Source: an uncultured archaeon (GTDB taxonomy: Archaea > Iainarchaeota > Iainarchaeia > Iainarchaeales > JAAZKV01). From it: 64,000 nucleotides of DNA. The notes under the pieces were generated by a model. It worked only from the letters and a program-made list of their open reading frames with translations, did no database searches and was not told the origin of the DNA. A program made the translations under genes and the position numbers. Shown in pieces: positions 1 through 10,749 of this stretch; position 1 is the stretch's first letter, and every line of letters starts with the position of its first letter. The stretch is taken from NCBI GenBank assembly GCA_964590155.1, contig CAZPWC010000001.1, forward strand, positions 9,651 through 73,650. Direction: 5' to 3'.

Positions 1-480
1 TTTAATTATCCCGCGGGGCTGTGTTTCAACAACTCTATAAATAAAACCAGAACCAAAAACACTAACCCAAACATTATCGCCAACATTTAGTGGGCGACCT
101 AAAAAACTTTTTTTAAGAATTCTCTCATAACCCGAAGCAATAATTCTAACCTCTTCAGTAGGGGCAAGAGTAACTCTTTTTGCTTCCTGAGGATGGCACT
201 TTGACACTTTGACTTTTTCTCCAAGAGCAACTCCAGCATTATGCCTAATAAAAGAATCCATTCTAATAATTTTTTTGCCCTCATCATCCGCGCGAGCGGG
301 CCAAACAATAGCGGCAGTCTTTTTTGTGCCCTCAATTTCAACAATATCTCCAGAAGTAATACTCAACAAAAGTTTTGTTTCCTTGTCAAGAGTAACAATA
401 TTTCTCCCAACGTGAGTAGGATCAGGGTCCTGAACAAAAAGAACCGCTTCAGACCTCTTAGCTTCCGTGGCAGTAGACAT
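1..480 (-). CDS. CDC48/VCP-like AAA+ ATPase, N-terminal (double-psi barrel) domain only; gene continues past the window start
   Basis: Hand translation of the minus strand from ATG at 478-480 gives MSTATEAKRSEAVLFVQDPD...ARADDEGKKIIRMDSFIRHNAGVALGEKVKV..., a close match to the VAT/Cdc48 N-domain motif (ARPEDENKGIVRIDS..RNN.G..IGDKVKV). No stop before position 1. Confidence 0.75.
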   Translation of the reverse strand, partial: MSTATEAKRSEAVLFVQDPDPTHVGRNIVTLDKETKLLLSITSGDIVEIEGTKKTAAIVWPARADDEGKKIIRMDSFIRHNAGVALGEKVKVSKCHPQEAKRVTLAPTEEVRIIASGYERILKKSFLGRPLNVGDNVWVSVFGSGFIYRVVETQPRGIIK

Positions 481-605
481 AAACACAAGAAACTGAAAAA
501 GGATTAAAAGGTTAAGTGAGAAGGGAAAGAAACAGGCGCAAAATAGGATAATAAAAACAAAAGACTAAAAACACACAGCAGAAAGGACAGCCAACAAGAA
601 ACGAA

Positions 606-1400
606 TTAAATCTCAAAACTACCATTAGGCAGGAGAGAAAGAAACTTTTCTGTCCCAAACAAAAAGCCTTTTTCTTCAAAAATTTTCTTTAACTTCTTTG
701 AAGCTTCGTTTTTTTCTGTCCTTCCTTGCTTTAATTCAACAAAAAAAGAGCAATTCTTTTTAATCGCGAAGAGAGGCCCTGCCATTAAGGTTTTTTCTTT
801 ATCAAAAAAACCAATAGCACAACTCAAAGGAGTTTTTTTGAACCAATTCCTTTCCCCATAAATCATAAATGCCCCAGTGCCTAAATATTCCCCTGGACGC
901 GCTGTTTTAGAAACCTGCTCCGGTCTAACAGAATAAGCATCTGCTTGAGTTCTGTTTTGTTCCCAAGCTTTAGAATATGTAACAGCAAATTGAGCGGCTT
1001 CTTTCATTGTAGCATCAGGAACACTTTTTCCCTGCGATTGAATAAAACAATGCGGAGCGCCAAAAACTTCAGCGTGAAAATAAACATCAATATCTTTCAT
1101 TCTTTTCTTTACTAACGCATCATTGCCTTTAGCGTCCTTTCCACCGACAACAAGAAAATTGTCGCTAGAAAAAAACCACCTGTATTGTTCAAACCATTTT
1201 TTTGTACGCTCAACTTTGATGGTTTTCGGCTTAACGACACGCTCTAATTCATTCCTTTTATGTGCGGCTTGAAGAGCAATTTTTAACCCGCTAATTGTTC
1301 TCCTAGCTTCTTTTGATTTACTATAATAAGAAGTAGCATTTTCTTCAATTGATTTAGACAAATCAAACTCAATTTCAACAAAGCTTTTCTCAGAGCCCAT
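606..1400 (-). CDS. NFACT-R/DUF814 domain protein (Rqc2/FbpA-related RNA-binding family)
   Basis: FLVVGGKDAKGNDALVKKRMKDIDVYFHAEVFGAPHCFIQ resembles the DUF814 core. Confidence 0.5.
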   Translation of the reverse strand: MGSEKSFVEIEFDLSKSIEENATSYYSKSKEARRTISGLKIALQAAHKRNELERVVKPKTIKVERTKKWFEQYRWFFSSDNFLVVGGKDAKGNDALVKKRMKDIDVYFHAEVFGAPHCFIQSQGKSVPDATMKEAAQFAVTYSKAWEQNRTQADAYSVRPEQVSKTARPGEYLGTGAFMIYGERNWFKKTPLSCAIGFFDKEKTLMAGPLFAIKKNCSFFVELKQGRTEKNEASKKLKKIFEEKGFLFGTEKFLSLLPNGSFEI

Positions 1401-1468
1401 AGTATCACTAAATTACATAAAGAGACAGGAAACCTTTTTTAAGGAGTTCATGAATTGAATATATCCGC

Positions 1469-1918
1469 GTGGAACTAATGGAAGTAAGAGACGGAAAAAA
1501 TCGAAAAGGGATATCTTGCTACTGTTTTTTAGAACAAAAAAACGGAAAATATTTATTCGCTCAACGAAACCTTACATCCTACTGGAATCCAGGAAAATGG
1601 GATCTTCCTGGTGGAAAAATGAAGTTTGGAGAAACGCCCGAACAAACAGCAAAAAGAGAGGTAAAAGAAGAAACTAACCAAACAATAAAGGGAATAAAAC
1701 TTTTTGACACATTTAGTGTGCATGTAAAAAAACCGAATAAAAATTTACACACAATAAGAATAATTTTTTATGGAAAAGCCAAAGGAACAGCAAAAAAGAA
1801 CCATGAGAATGCACAACTAAAATTACTAACACTAAAAGAAGCCCAAAGACTTACCCTTGTCCCAAAAATGAAAAAAGAAATAAAGAAATTTAAAAGATTT
1901 GTAGAAAAAAGCAGGTAA
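1469..1918 (+). CDS. NUDIX hydrolase
   Basis: Nudix box GGKMKFGETPEQTAKREVKEETN (GX5EX7REUXEEXGU). Confidence 0.7.
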   Translation: MELMEVRDGKNRKGISCYCFLEQKNGKYLFAQRNLTSYWNPGKWDLPGGKMKFGETPEQTAKREVKEETNQTIKGIKLFDTFSVHVKKPNKNLHTIRIIFYGKAKGTAKKNHENAQLKLLTLKEAQRLTLVPKMKKEIKKFKRFVEKSR

Positions 1919-1965
1919 AATGAGAAATAGAAAAAATCCTCAAAAAAATAAGAGGAAAAATAAAA

Positions 1966-2529
1966 CTAATCCAAACCCGCTTCTTTTCTAAGAATCTCGA
2001 TAACAGAATTTGTTCTAGAACCGCGCTTAAATGTAGGTTCTGTAAGGTAAAAAACCTGACGATCTTTTACAACATCATAATAATTAGGAATCTTTTTCAC
2101 ATAATTATCTTGAACATTTTTGTGATAAGATTCAACATCTTTGTAAAACTGAAAACTCATTATGTTAAAATTTCCTGAACCCATAATAGAGTTAAGCGCA
2201 TAAACGTGAGGATCTTTTTTCACCACCTCAAGAAACTTTTCAGCCAAATCAGGTTTTGAAAAATCAATTTGCAAAAGCTCAACGCACTCTAATTTGTAAC
2301 CCAATTTCCAAAAAGCGATTTTAGGACCATACCCATTAAGGACCCCTTCTTTTTGTAAAAAATCAATAGAACCTTTAATTGTAGCCAAGTGGTACTTTGT
2401 TTTAATTTTAATACGCCGCAAATTAGGTTGAGTGCATGTTTTGTCGGCTAATGCCTTGAGAATATTCAATCTAATTTCATCGTTTGCTTGCATTTTTTGC
2501 GCCATTTTAACACCCCACAAGAATCCCAA
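1966..2529 (-). CDS. hypothetical protein
   Basis: Intact 187-aa ORF; no motif recognised. Confidence 0.3.
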   Translation of the reverse strand: MGFLWGVKMAQKMQANDEIRLNILKALADKTCTQPNLRRIKIKTKYHLATIKGSIDFLQKEGVLNGYGPKIAFWKLGYKLECVELLQIDFSKPDLAEKFLEVVKKDPHVYALNSIMGSGNFNIMSFQFYKDVESYHKNVQDNYVKKIPNYYDVVKDRQVFYLTEPTFKRGSRTNSVIEILRKEAGLD

Positions 2530-2854
2530 AAATCACGTCAATATAACGAAACCCTTCCAAACTAACACATAGTTACACCCACCAATATTTAAATGTATTT
2601 TTTGTTACATTAAACCCCGATTAATACTTAATAACAAAACAAACCCCAGTAGGTATAGTTTGTGCTTTAGGGAGGCGATTGTAGGAGAGGTTGATTAGTG
2701 AAATATTATAAAAAAGTAACTGGGGTTGCGGGATAGGCTCACCAGGCTTATTCTACTTTTAGAATTATCTCGCAATCTCTTTTACTAAAAATTAAAAAGC
2801 TAATTTTTTAAAAATAAATTTTAAGTTTAATTAGAAACATAAGTTTTTGCTTAA

Positions 2855-5098
2855 TTATTTCTTTTTTGCAACAACTTTTTTAGAAGATTCTTTTTTCGGC
2901 AAAGTTTTTTTTTCAACATTCTCCGAACCAAGGACATTTTTTTCTTTTTTTTCAGGAACTTCATCTGTTGTTCCCTCTTTTATTACACTCACAACCTTAT
3001 CTTGAGAAACTTGAGACACTTTTGTTTGAGAGGACCCTTCAAGAGGAGCCTTTTCGGATTCTTTTTTCTCTTCTTTCTTCTTACCCCAATCTTTTTTTGT
3101 TACACAAGTCATTGTTAAACACATTTTGTAAAAAATTCTACCATTACGCACTTTAATTATTGGAGCACCGCACTCAGGACATTTATCTTCAGTAGCAGTA
3201 ACGATTCCTTTTTGCGGTAAAGGATACGAATTAGTACAATCAGGGTATGACGAGCACCCAACAAAACGCTTACCTGACTTTCCTTTACGCGCAACAAGCT
3301 CTCCTTTCCCGCATTTTTCACACTTTGAAATAACTTGTGAGAAACGAAGTGCACTTCTTATGCCCGAACCAATATCATTTTTATTTTCTACTAAAACATC
3401 CATTAGTTCGCGAAGTTTTTTTCCAGAAGTAGAAACAACTTCCACTTTTTCTTTTTTTCCTGCAGCAATTTCATCCATCTCTCTTTCAACCTGCGCTGTC
3501 ATCTCAGGCTTTGTAACAATATTTGATTGTTTTTCCAAAGAGTCAATAACGGCAAAAGCAACTTTACTTGGTTCAATACTTTTATTGCCAATAATATAAT
3601 GACGGGCATATAATTTTTGGATAATTGCAGGACGAGTGGATTTTGTACCCAAATTGTGATCTTCCATTAATTTAATTAAAGAACCTTGAGAATAACGGCC
3701 AGGAGGTTGAGTTTCTTTATCAAGCATTTCTAAATTATCAATCTTAACAACATCCCCTTCTTTTAGCGGAGGCAAAATAACTTCACTCACTTTGCTATAA
3801 GGATACACCCCTTTCCAACCTGCAAACAAAATTATCTGACCGCGGGCAACATACATTTCATTATTTGCATCAAGTAAAGCGGAAGCATTCTCTGTTTTTG
3901 CATCCTCCGAAAGGGTGGCCAAAAAACGCCTACAAATCAACTCATAAATTTTCCACTCATCAAGAGCCAAAACTTCTTTTTGAACAGCGAGAACAGGATA
4001 AATTGGCGGATGGTCTTTTGCTTCTTTTCCCGCAGAAGGAACAATTTCTTTCTGGGCCAAAACTTTTTGCACATCACTAGAAATTGCTTTAACAGAAGCA
4101 AGTTTATTCAAAATTTCTTTCAAATTAAGAGAGGGAGGATAAACACTATTGTCCGTTCTAGGATATGAAGTAAAACCTTTTTGATAAAGTGTTTCAGCAA
4201 GACTCATTGCTTTCCCTGCAGAAAAACCAATAGCGGTAGCGGCACGCAAAAATTCAGTTGTGTTAAAAGGAACAGGTTTTTTTAGCACACGAACTTTTTT
4301 TTCAACTTTTTTTACAACAGCGCTTTTTGGTTGTTTGTTAAAAACAGCAAGAGCTTTTTCTTTTTCCCAAAATTTTTCTTCAGAATGAAGCGCAGCAAAT
4401 TTTTGTGAATCTTTATCACAATGAGCAATAATTTCCCAGTACTTTTTTTGCTGAAAAGCTAAGCGCTCCTTTTCGCGATCAACAATAAGAGCCAGCGTAG
4501 GGGTTTGAACACGACCCACACTTAAAAAGTCACGACCAATTTGCCCAGAAATTAGAGAAACAAATCTTGTAAGAACAGCACCCCAAATTAAATCAATTTC
4601 TCTTCTAGCATCAGCAGAATAAGCAAAATTGTAATCAAACTTTTCTAAATTATTAAATGACTTATCAATATCTTCTTTTGCAATCGCAGAAAAATAAGCC
4701 CTCTTTACACTAATCTTTGGATTTGTTTGCTTTGCATAATTAAGCGCTTCAAGACCAATTGATTCCCCTTCCCTATCAGCATCAGTTGCAATAATTATCT
4801 CATCCGCCAAGGGAGCTGAGTCACGCAAACATCGAATAATAACTTGTTCTGTTTCGGAATAAATTATTTCAGCAGTAATTAAGTCACGCACATCAAGCCC
4901 TATCCAATTTGAATATTTTTTTGGAAACTCAACATTACTAATGTGGCCACGCAAAGGAATTAGACGTACTTCTTCGCCAAGCCAATTAAACTCGAAAACT
5001 TTTGCCCCATCAACCATTTTTTGAGACATTTTCCCATCAGCAAGCAAGCGCGCAATATTTTCTCCAGCAATGGCTTTCTCGGAAATAATCAGTTTCAT
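2855..5098 (-). CDS. topA: DNA topoisomerase I (type IA) with C-terminal zinc ribbons and a Lys-rich tail
   Basis: TOPRIM IIIATDADREGESIG, GRVQTPTL, active-site GFTSYPRTDNS. Zn ribbons CEKCGKG...CSSYPDC and CPECGAP...C. Confidence 0.85.
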   Translation of the reverse strand: MKLIISEKAIAGENIARLLADGKMSQKMVDGAKVFEFNWLGEEVRLIPLRGHISNVEFPKKYSNWIGLDVRDLITAEIIYSETEQVIIRCLRDSAPLADEIIIATDADREGESIGLEALNYAKQTNPKISVKRAYFSAIAKEDIDKSFNNLEKFDYNFAYSADARREIDLIWGAVLTRFVSLISGQIGRDFLSVGRVQTPTLALIVDREKERLAFQQKKYWEIIAHCDKDSQKFAALHSEEKFWEKEKALAVFNKQPKSAVVKKVEKKVRVLKKPVPFNTTEFLRAATAIGFSAGKAMSLAETLYQKGFTSYPRTDNSVYPPSLNLKEILNKLASVKAISSDVQKVLAQKEIVPSAGKEAKDHPPIYPVLAVQKEVLALDEWKIYELICRRFLATLSEDAKTENASALLDANNEMYVARGQIILFAGWKGVYPYSKVSEVILPPLKEGDVVKIDNLEMLDKETQPPGRYSQGSLIKLMEDHNLGTKSTRPAIIQKLYARHYIIGNKSIEPSKVAFAVIDSLEKQSNIVTKPEMTAQVEREMDEIAAGKKEKVEVVSTSGKKLRELMDVLVENKNDIGSGIRSALRFSQVISKCEKCGKGELVARKGKSGKRFVGCSSYPDCTNSYPLPQKGIVTATEDKCPECGAPIIKVRNGRIFYKMCLTMTCVTKKDWGKKKEEKKESEKAPLEGSSQTKVSQVSQDKVVSVIKEGTTDEVPEKKEKNVLGSENVEKKTLPKKESSKKVVAKKK

Positions 5099-5232
5099 AC
5101 AAGCACTAAAGAACTAAAGGAAACAAAAAAGAATATAAAGGGAAACCAAAAAAACGACAAAAAGCGAAGTTGCCAAAAACTAAAAAAAGCAAAAAAATAA
5201 TAAAAAAGGTCAGCAACTAAGGCAAACAACCA

Positions 5233-5748
5233 TTAAATTTTGTTTTGCAGGGGCATACTTGGAAGAGTTTTTGTTTTCTTAATTTCCGAAAGAACAACCA
5301 TTGTTTTCAAATCAATTATTCCATCAACTAAACCTAATTGGTTAATTATCTTTTCAGCACTTTCCAAATTAGGGACAATAAGTTTTGCAATTAAATTATA
5401 TTCCCCAAGAACCTGATAAAGCTCAATAACAAAATCCATTGAAGAAAGTTTTTTCACAACATCCCTGTTTTTTGAAACATCAGTTCTTATTTGAACAAAA
5501 ATAGGGTTCTCATAACCAAGGGACTTATAATTCATTTCCAAAGAAACACAATCAATAATCCCGCGTTTTTTCAAAGATTCAAAGCGTTTTTTTATCGCAA
5601 CATCAGTTAGTTTTGTTTCGCGCGCAATAGCAGAAAAACTCGCTCTACCATCAGAAAGAAGGGCCTGGAGGATAATGTGATCAATTTTATCTAAAGATGC
5701 ACCCAAATAACTCAACCCCTGATTCGAAAAACAAACCCAACTATTCAA
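5233..5748 (-). CDS. Lrp/AsnC family transcriptional regulator
   Basis: HTH ILQALLSDGRASFSAIARETKLTDVAIKKRFESLKKRGII followed by a RAM-like C-terminal domain. Confidence 0.65.
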   Translation of the reverse strand: MNSWVCFSNQGLSYLGASLDKIDHIILQALLSDGRASFSAIARETKLTDVAIKKRFESLKKRGIIDCVSLEMNYKSLGYENPIFVQIRTDVSKNRDVVKKLSSMDFVIELYQVLGEYNLIAKLIVPNLESAEKIINQLGLVDGIIDLKTMVVLSEIKKTKTLPSMPLQNKI

Positions 5749-5842
5749 ATAATAAACAAATAAACACTTAAAAAGTTACTTTTCTAACAATAAATCAAAA
5801 AATCGGAAGAAAAACGTATTTATTCTAGGACAAAGATACGGA

Positions 5843-7432
5843 TTGCTTAGTATTTACCATTTCCTTATAATCCTTTTGAAGAAAAAACTAATTATGCAGA
5901 TAATAGAAGAGACAATTCAAAATATAGCTAAAGAAATAAGCGAAGCAAAAGCTAATCAGTGGACCATAACAAAAATAGTAAAAGAACTAAGCGGGATGAA
6001 TACCGTAAGCGAAAAAAAACTAAGAGAAAAAGCGCTTGAAATGCTTAAAGAACTTGACCAAGAAGCAGCAATTATTTATGAAAGATTCAGCAAAATGAGA
6101 GTGTATAATTCTAACGAAAAACTTGCCGCGTTTAATAGAGGCAATATAATAAAATCACTCACAAAAGAAACTTCTTTATCAAGAGGAGTCGCAGAAAAAA
6201 TCACACTCGAAGTAGAAAACCAAATAAAGGACTCAAAAATTGAATTTTTAACAGCAGGACTTATAAGAGAACTTGTAAATTCAAAATTAATTAGTTATGG
6301 GTATGAAGAAGTAAGACACAATTATGCAAGACTTGGCGAACCTGTTTTTGAAATAAAAAATAAAATAATGAAAGAACCTTACTTTAGCGAAGCTACGAGA
6401 GAATATAATCTCACTTTAGCCATTCCAAAAAAAGCTAAGGACCTTCACCACGAAGGAATAATATTTATTGAAGACACAACGGGGTACTCTAACAGAATAT
6501 ACTCATACTCTTTATTGGCTGAGAAAAAAGAAACACTCGAAAAAACAATATTAGGAAACCTAAAACAATTAATTGATGAAAAAAGGTTTTTTTACCTTGA
6601 GCCAAACATTTATGGAATAACACACGCATGCTCTTGTTTTGTTAAAAATGAATCACAGGCAAAAAAGGCAGGAGAACTTTTATCAGAAACTCTCAAAATT
6701 GCAGGAGATAACTTTACAACATCAATAGAGCTTTTCCAGCCAGAAAAAATCACTTCGATGAAAAGTGATAAAGTACTTTCTGCGAAAATAGGAGAACAAC
6801 TTATTGGAAAAAACAAATGTGTTGTTGGAATTGATTCAAAATACGGATTAAAACTTATTGAAACAAAAGAAAAACATTTCACTATTTTGAATAACTCAGA
6901 GGAAGAATACTTCCCACTAAATAATAACCTTTTTTCTCCAACACAAGGAATAGATCTATTTGTCAGCATAAACCTTGAAAAAATAGCACAAGACAATGAT
7001 AAGGATAAGTTCCTTCAACAATTAAGAGAAACAAGCGAACAAATCAAAGAACTGATAAAAGACAAAAAGCAGCGCCTTGCAGAAAAAGAATACTTGAAAA
7101 AATTTGTTCCTGAACTAAAAACAGGAATAGGACTAACAAATTTATTTAGTGTTGCAGAAACACTTAAAGAAGAAAAAGTAATTGAGTTTGCGAACAAAAC
7201 ATACAGAGAACTAAACAAAATATTTGATGAAGAACTATTATTCGGCTGCACCCAAAACGCGAGAGCAAAATTTGGTGAAACGTGCGGAAAAGAAATTCAA
7301 ACACAACATGTACTTGATTTTGAGGAATGCTTAAGCTCAAAAAAATGTTGTTTTACAGGAAGAGCAACAAACACTAAGGAACTAGAAGAACTATTAACAA
7401 GAAAAGTCAAACAAATAGAATATGTTGGATAA
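5843..7432 (+). CDS. ATP-cone domain protein; C-terminal domain of unknown function with a Cys cluster
   Basis: Two ATP-cone-like segments, e.g. KLAAFNRGNIIKSLTKETSLSRGVAEKITLEVENQIKD...LISYGYEEV. No recognisable RNR catalytic or glycyl-radical motif. C-terminal CTQNARAKFGETCGKE...CLSSKKCC. True start may be the Met at 5894. Confidence 0.4.
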   Translation: MLSIYHFLIILLKKKLIMQIIEETIQNIAKEISEAKANQWTITKIVKELSGMNTVSEKKLREKALEMLKELDQEAAIIYERFSKMRVYNSNEKLAAFNRGNIIKSLTKETSLSRGVAEKITLEVENQIKDSKIEFLTAGLIRELVNSKLISYGYEEVRHNYARLGEPVFEIKNKIMKEPYFSEATREYNLTLAIPKKAKDLHHEGIIFIEDTTGYSNRIYSYSLLAEKKETLEKTILGNLKQLIDEKRFFYLEPNIYGITHACSCFVKNESQAKKAGELLSETLKIAGDNFTTSIELFQPEKITSMKSDKVLSAKIGEQLIGKNKCVVGIDSKYGLKLIETKEKHFTILNNSEEEYFPLNNNLFSPTQGIDLFVSINLEKIAQDNDKDKFLQQLRETSEQIKELIKDKKQRLAEKEYLKKFVPELKTGIGLTNLFSVAETLKEEKVIEFANKTYRELNKIFDEELLFGCTQNARAKFGETCGKEIQTQHVLDFEECLSSKKCCFTGRATNTKELEELLTRKVKQIEYVG

Positions 7433-7435
7433 ATT

Positions 7436-9019
7436 TTAGCTTTTGGTTTTTATTATTTTTACCCAACCATGATTGGCATTTACTTCAACTAATTGATTAT
7501 CTTTAAGAACTTTTGTCGCAATTTTTGTTCCAATAATACAAGGAATACCTAGCTCTCTTGAAACAATTGCTGCATGAGAAGTTATCCCACCCTCATCAGT
7601 AACAATCGCTGCAGCCTTCTTCATAGCAGGAACATAATCAGGACGGGTCATAACAGCAACAAGAATGTCCCCTTTATTTATTTTACCCATCTCGGTCACA
7701 CTCCTAACTAACTTAACTTGCCCAATAGCTTTTCCTAAAGAAGCTGTTAATCCCCTAAAGTCATCAACCATGGAAAAATCTGTTTTTCCAAGAACTGCTT
7801 CACGAACTTTATCTGATTTAGCGGAATGAACCACTTCAAAACCACCTTTATCCCAATAAAAAACACTATTCTTTTTGCGGGCAGCTAATTCTTCAACATC
7901 AGGGCAATTTGAAAAAATATTACTTACCTCCCTACAATCCATATACTTTAAGTTCTCAATATCAACATTTGTTCTCTTGGCTAATTCAGCAAGAATTAAA
8001 CTAAAATAATGAGTAGTCCAAAAAGTTCCTTTCTTTCTTTCATCCTGCCAATAAGTAAAATCTTCCGAAATCTCAATCAATGCCAAAAGATCCTTGCTTA
8101 ATTTTAGTTTTTTTAACAATTGCTTTTTCTTTTTTTTGCTTTCAGCAGGAGTACTAACCACTTTTTTTATTTCGCGAGCTAAGTCAATTTTTAGCGACAA
8201 AGTGTTCTTAATTTCTTCAATGAAATGTTCTTCCAAAAGAACATTATCAGAAACATAATTATTTCTTGTCCAAAAATATTTCTTTTGATGAAGCTTAATC
8301 ATATTTCCAAGCTTTGTTTGTTCTAGTTCTTTCTTAACTTCAAAAGGAGATTTAGACAAAAATAATTCTTTATAGCCTAACTTATCTGCCTTTAGTGCAA
8401 GCTTTAGCAATTCTATCTCGGCTTCATTAATAAAAGATAAATGTATTGGAGCAGTAAGAACTGAAAAAACTTCAGTAAAACGCATCTTGTCCACGAGGTC
8501 AGATTTTTCAAAAACCTCTTTAATTTTGCCCGCAATTAACTCATCAGTGCCTAAGGCAAAACCATCAATCAGCGAACTAGAACTATTTTTATTTAGAACA
8601 ATTTCAGCAAAATTATTGTGAAGCGCAATCAAATCCTTGCCGCTTAACTTGGAAATATTAGTTCGACCTATCTTAACACAAGTTTTGTAAAACAAGTCCT
8701 GATCTTTTTTCCACTTTTTAATAAACTTTTTTCCCACATGCGAATCTTTTTTTAATTCTTTAATAACGGCGCTTGTAACTTTCTTGATGTCATCCATCAA
8801 AATATACCAATCAGCTTTGCCGTTATCATAAAAACAAAAATGAACTGTAAAATCGCCACCTTTTTTTCTTTCAACGTGCCGCGTTATCTCAGCTTCCCCA
8901 ATAAAATACATGAAGTAAGGGACCCCATCAAAACGCTGATGATACCATTGCTTGCCTTCCCATCGAGCTAAATTTTCTTCCAAGTGGCCCGAAATATATT
9001 GCATTTTTTCTTCAACCAT
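7436..9019 (-). CDS. PEP-utilising enzyme family protein (PEP synthase / pyruvate,water dikinase-related)
   Basis: C-terminal mobile domain GGITSHAAIVSRELGIPCIIGT. Start taken at the internal Met (MVEEKMQYISG) to avoid overlap with the next gene. Confidence 0.5.
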   Translation of the reverse strand: MVEEKMQYISGHLEENLARWEGKQWYHQRFDGVPYFMYFIGEAEITRHVERKKGGDFTVHFCFYDNGKADWYILMDDIKKVTSAVIKELKKDSHVGKKFIKKWKKDQDLFYKTCVKIGRTNISKLSGKDLIALHNNFAEIVLNKNSSSSLIDGFALGTDELIAGKIKEVFEKSDLVDKMRFTEVFSVLTAPIHLSFINEAEIELLKLALKADKLGYKELFLSKSPFEVKKELEQTKLGNMIKLHQKKYFWTRNNYVSDNVLLEEHFIEEIKNTLSLKIDLAREIKKVVSTPAESKKKKKQLLKKLKLSKDLLALIEISEDFTYWQDERKKGTFWTTHYFSLILAELAKRTNVDIENLKYMDCREVSNIFSNCPDVEELAARKKNSVFYWDKGGFEVVHSAKSDKVREAVLGKTDFSMVDDFRGLTASLGKAIGQVKLVRSVTEMGKINKGDILVAVMTRPDYVPAMKKAAAIVTDEGGITSHAAIVSRELGIPCIIGTKIATKVLKDNQLVEVNANHGWVKIIKTKS

Positions 9020-9074
9020 CTTATCCCGACACAAACAAAAAATATTACTTAAAAAGATACGAATTTTAAAAAAA

Positions 9075-9881
9075 CTATATTTTTCCGCCAGGGTGTTTTT
9101 CGTGAAGACGGGTAGCATTAATTTTTACTGGAACGGATTTATGAAAACTGGCTTTATGAACTTCAGGCGCTCTAATTAAATCATTCTTTAAAATAAAAGC
9201 ATAGGACTTCATTTGTTCAACAAAAGGAATTAAAATAATCAAAACCAATGCAAAAGAAACAATTATGCCTGGGAGGGCAAGTAAATCAAAAACAAATTCT
9301 ATTAGCAAAATAACAAATAAAAGAACTGAACTTATAGCAACAATTCCTAAACTAACAATAGGATTAGCAACCCAAAAAGAAATACTTTCATCAATAGAAG
9401 CGCCAATGGATTTTTCTTCAAGAACAATACTTTGTGGAACGTACATTACTAATGCTGAAATAATAATCATTGCTATGAGAACCAAAAACTGGGCATAAAA
9501 CAAACCCACCAGAGACAAAATGTAAAAGACAACTGAAAATAGAAGGTAAAACAAAAATATTTTCAAAGAAGCGTCCTTCATCAAAACGTTCCAATAGTCA
9601 TCAAGAGAAAGATGATGGATATCGCGCTGAATGGTGTAAACGCAAAGTGAGACAAAGAAAGAAAATGCATATAAAAAAACAAGCCCGACAAGTAACCCTA
9701 TAAGAGCCAATAAATTTGTGTCCAAAGATAAAAAAACAGTGCCAGAACTCAAAAAGAACTGGTCAAAAAAAACGAACAAAACAACAAAGATAAACAAAAC
9801 AGCAAAACTCAAAGCAACCCTAAAGTTCTCGCTGAACTCTTCAAAAGTTCTCTTTAAAACAATGCCAAACATAACCAACAC
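9075..9881 (-). CDS. integral membrane protein, unknown function
   Basis: Multiple hydrophobic helices. Confidence 0.3.
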   Translation of the reverse strand: MLVMFGIVLKRTFEEFSENFRVALSFAVLFIFVVLFVFFDQFFLSSGTVFLSLDTNLLALIGLLVGLVFLYAFSFFVSLCVYTIQRDIHHLSLDDYWNVLMKDASLKIFLFYLLFSVVFYILSLVGLFYAQFLVLIAMIIISALVMYVPQSIVLEEKSIGASIDESISFWVANPIVSLGIVAISSVLLFVILLIEFVFDLLALPGIIVSFALVLIILIPFVEQMKSYAFILKNDLIRAPEVHKASFHKSVPVKINATRLHEKHPGGKI

Positions 9882-10030
9882 CTACAAAAAAAGGTTAAAA
9901 AAGCAATCCTTTTATGGAAAAAAACACAAAAAAACAAAACAATAACAAAATAAACAGCAAAAAATGAAATAATAACAAAAATAATAAAAACAACACCCCA
10001 TTAAAAAACAACGAAAGCGCAGGCGAAAAG

Positions 10031-10678
10031 TTACTCTTCTTTTTTAGCTAAAAGGTTTTTCAAAAACAAAGGAAGCCAACCCGCAAGAGCACCCAAAATA
10101 AACGTTAAATAAATACTTTCTTTTAGCTCTGACCAATAACGAATAGTAATAAATTGATGAACTTTGTTCGAGCCAGAATTCTGCGCCTGCGTTATAAGCT
10201 CTTGATTTATTTTACTAACTGTTTCATTACACTGCGCATCAGTTACTTCCGAAAGGCAAAAATACAAACCAACAGAAACATTTTCGCTTGTGTTTAAGCG
10301 AGCGGCTTCCCCATAATACCAAGACAAATTAATATAATACCCGGCAAATAATGCCACTAAAAGTAGTGGCAAAAGCCAAATACTTGCAGCGAATTTTGAT
10401 TCAAAATAATCATTATACCATTTTATTCCATAATAAGCAAAAACAAAACCTGCAATAGGGGCAAACCAATACATCATTGAAAACCACTGATTTAGGGGCA
10501 AAATCAAATTAACAAAAGGAACATTTGATAACCCACTTAGTGCCTGCGAAGAAAAGCAAGTCCCCCCTGACAATATATCAGTACAAGCACCGCCAAAAAA
10601 CCACAATATTAAATAAGAAATAACAAACCAAGCGAAAACAAAAACAAAAAACTGTTTTCCTTCAAAAAAATCACTCAT
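10031..10678 (-). CDS. integral membrane protein, unknown function
   Basis: Hydrophobic, Trp/Tyr-rich segments. Confidence 0.3.
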   Translation of the reverse strand: MSDFFEGKQFFVFVFAWFVISYLILWFFGGACTDILSGGTCFSSQALSGLSNVPFVNLILPLNQWFSMMYWFAPIAGFVFAYYGIKWYNDYFESKFAASIWLLPLLLVALFAGYYINLSWYYGEAARLNTSENVSVGLYFCLSEVTDAQCNETVSKINQELITQAQNSGSNKVHQFITIRYWSELKESIYLTFILGALAGWLPLFLKNLLAKKEE

Positions 10679-10749
10679 AAAAAAAACCTTCTAGATTAAA
10701 ATAGATTAACAAGTTTAAGCTTTTAAGCCTTGCCGAAGAAGGGATTTAT

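Noticed and set aside
99-507. ORF-track entries 99..344(-), 209..415(+), 241..507(+)
   Set aside because: A different frame of the same region encodes an unmistakable CDC48 N-domain that runs off the window edge. These shorter ORFs are alternative-frame noise.
2640-2760. GC-richer patch upstream of topA with CCCCAGT ... ACTGGGG long-range complementarity; considered a C/D-box or other small RNA
   Set aside because: No recognisable C (RUGAUGA) / D (CUGA) boxes in the right arrangement and no tRNA-like fold. It may just be promoter/5-prime-UTR structure. Left unannotated.
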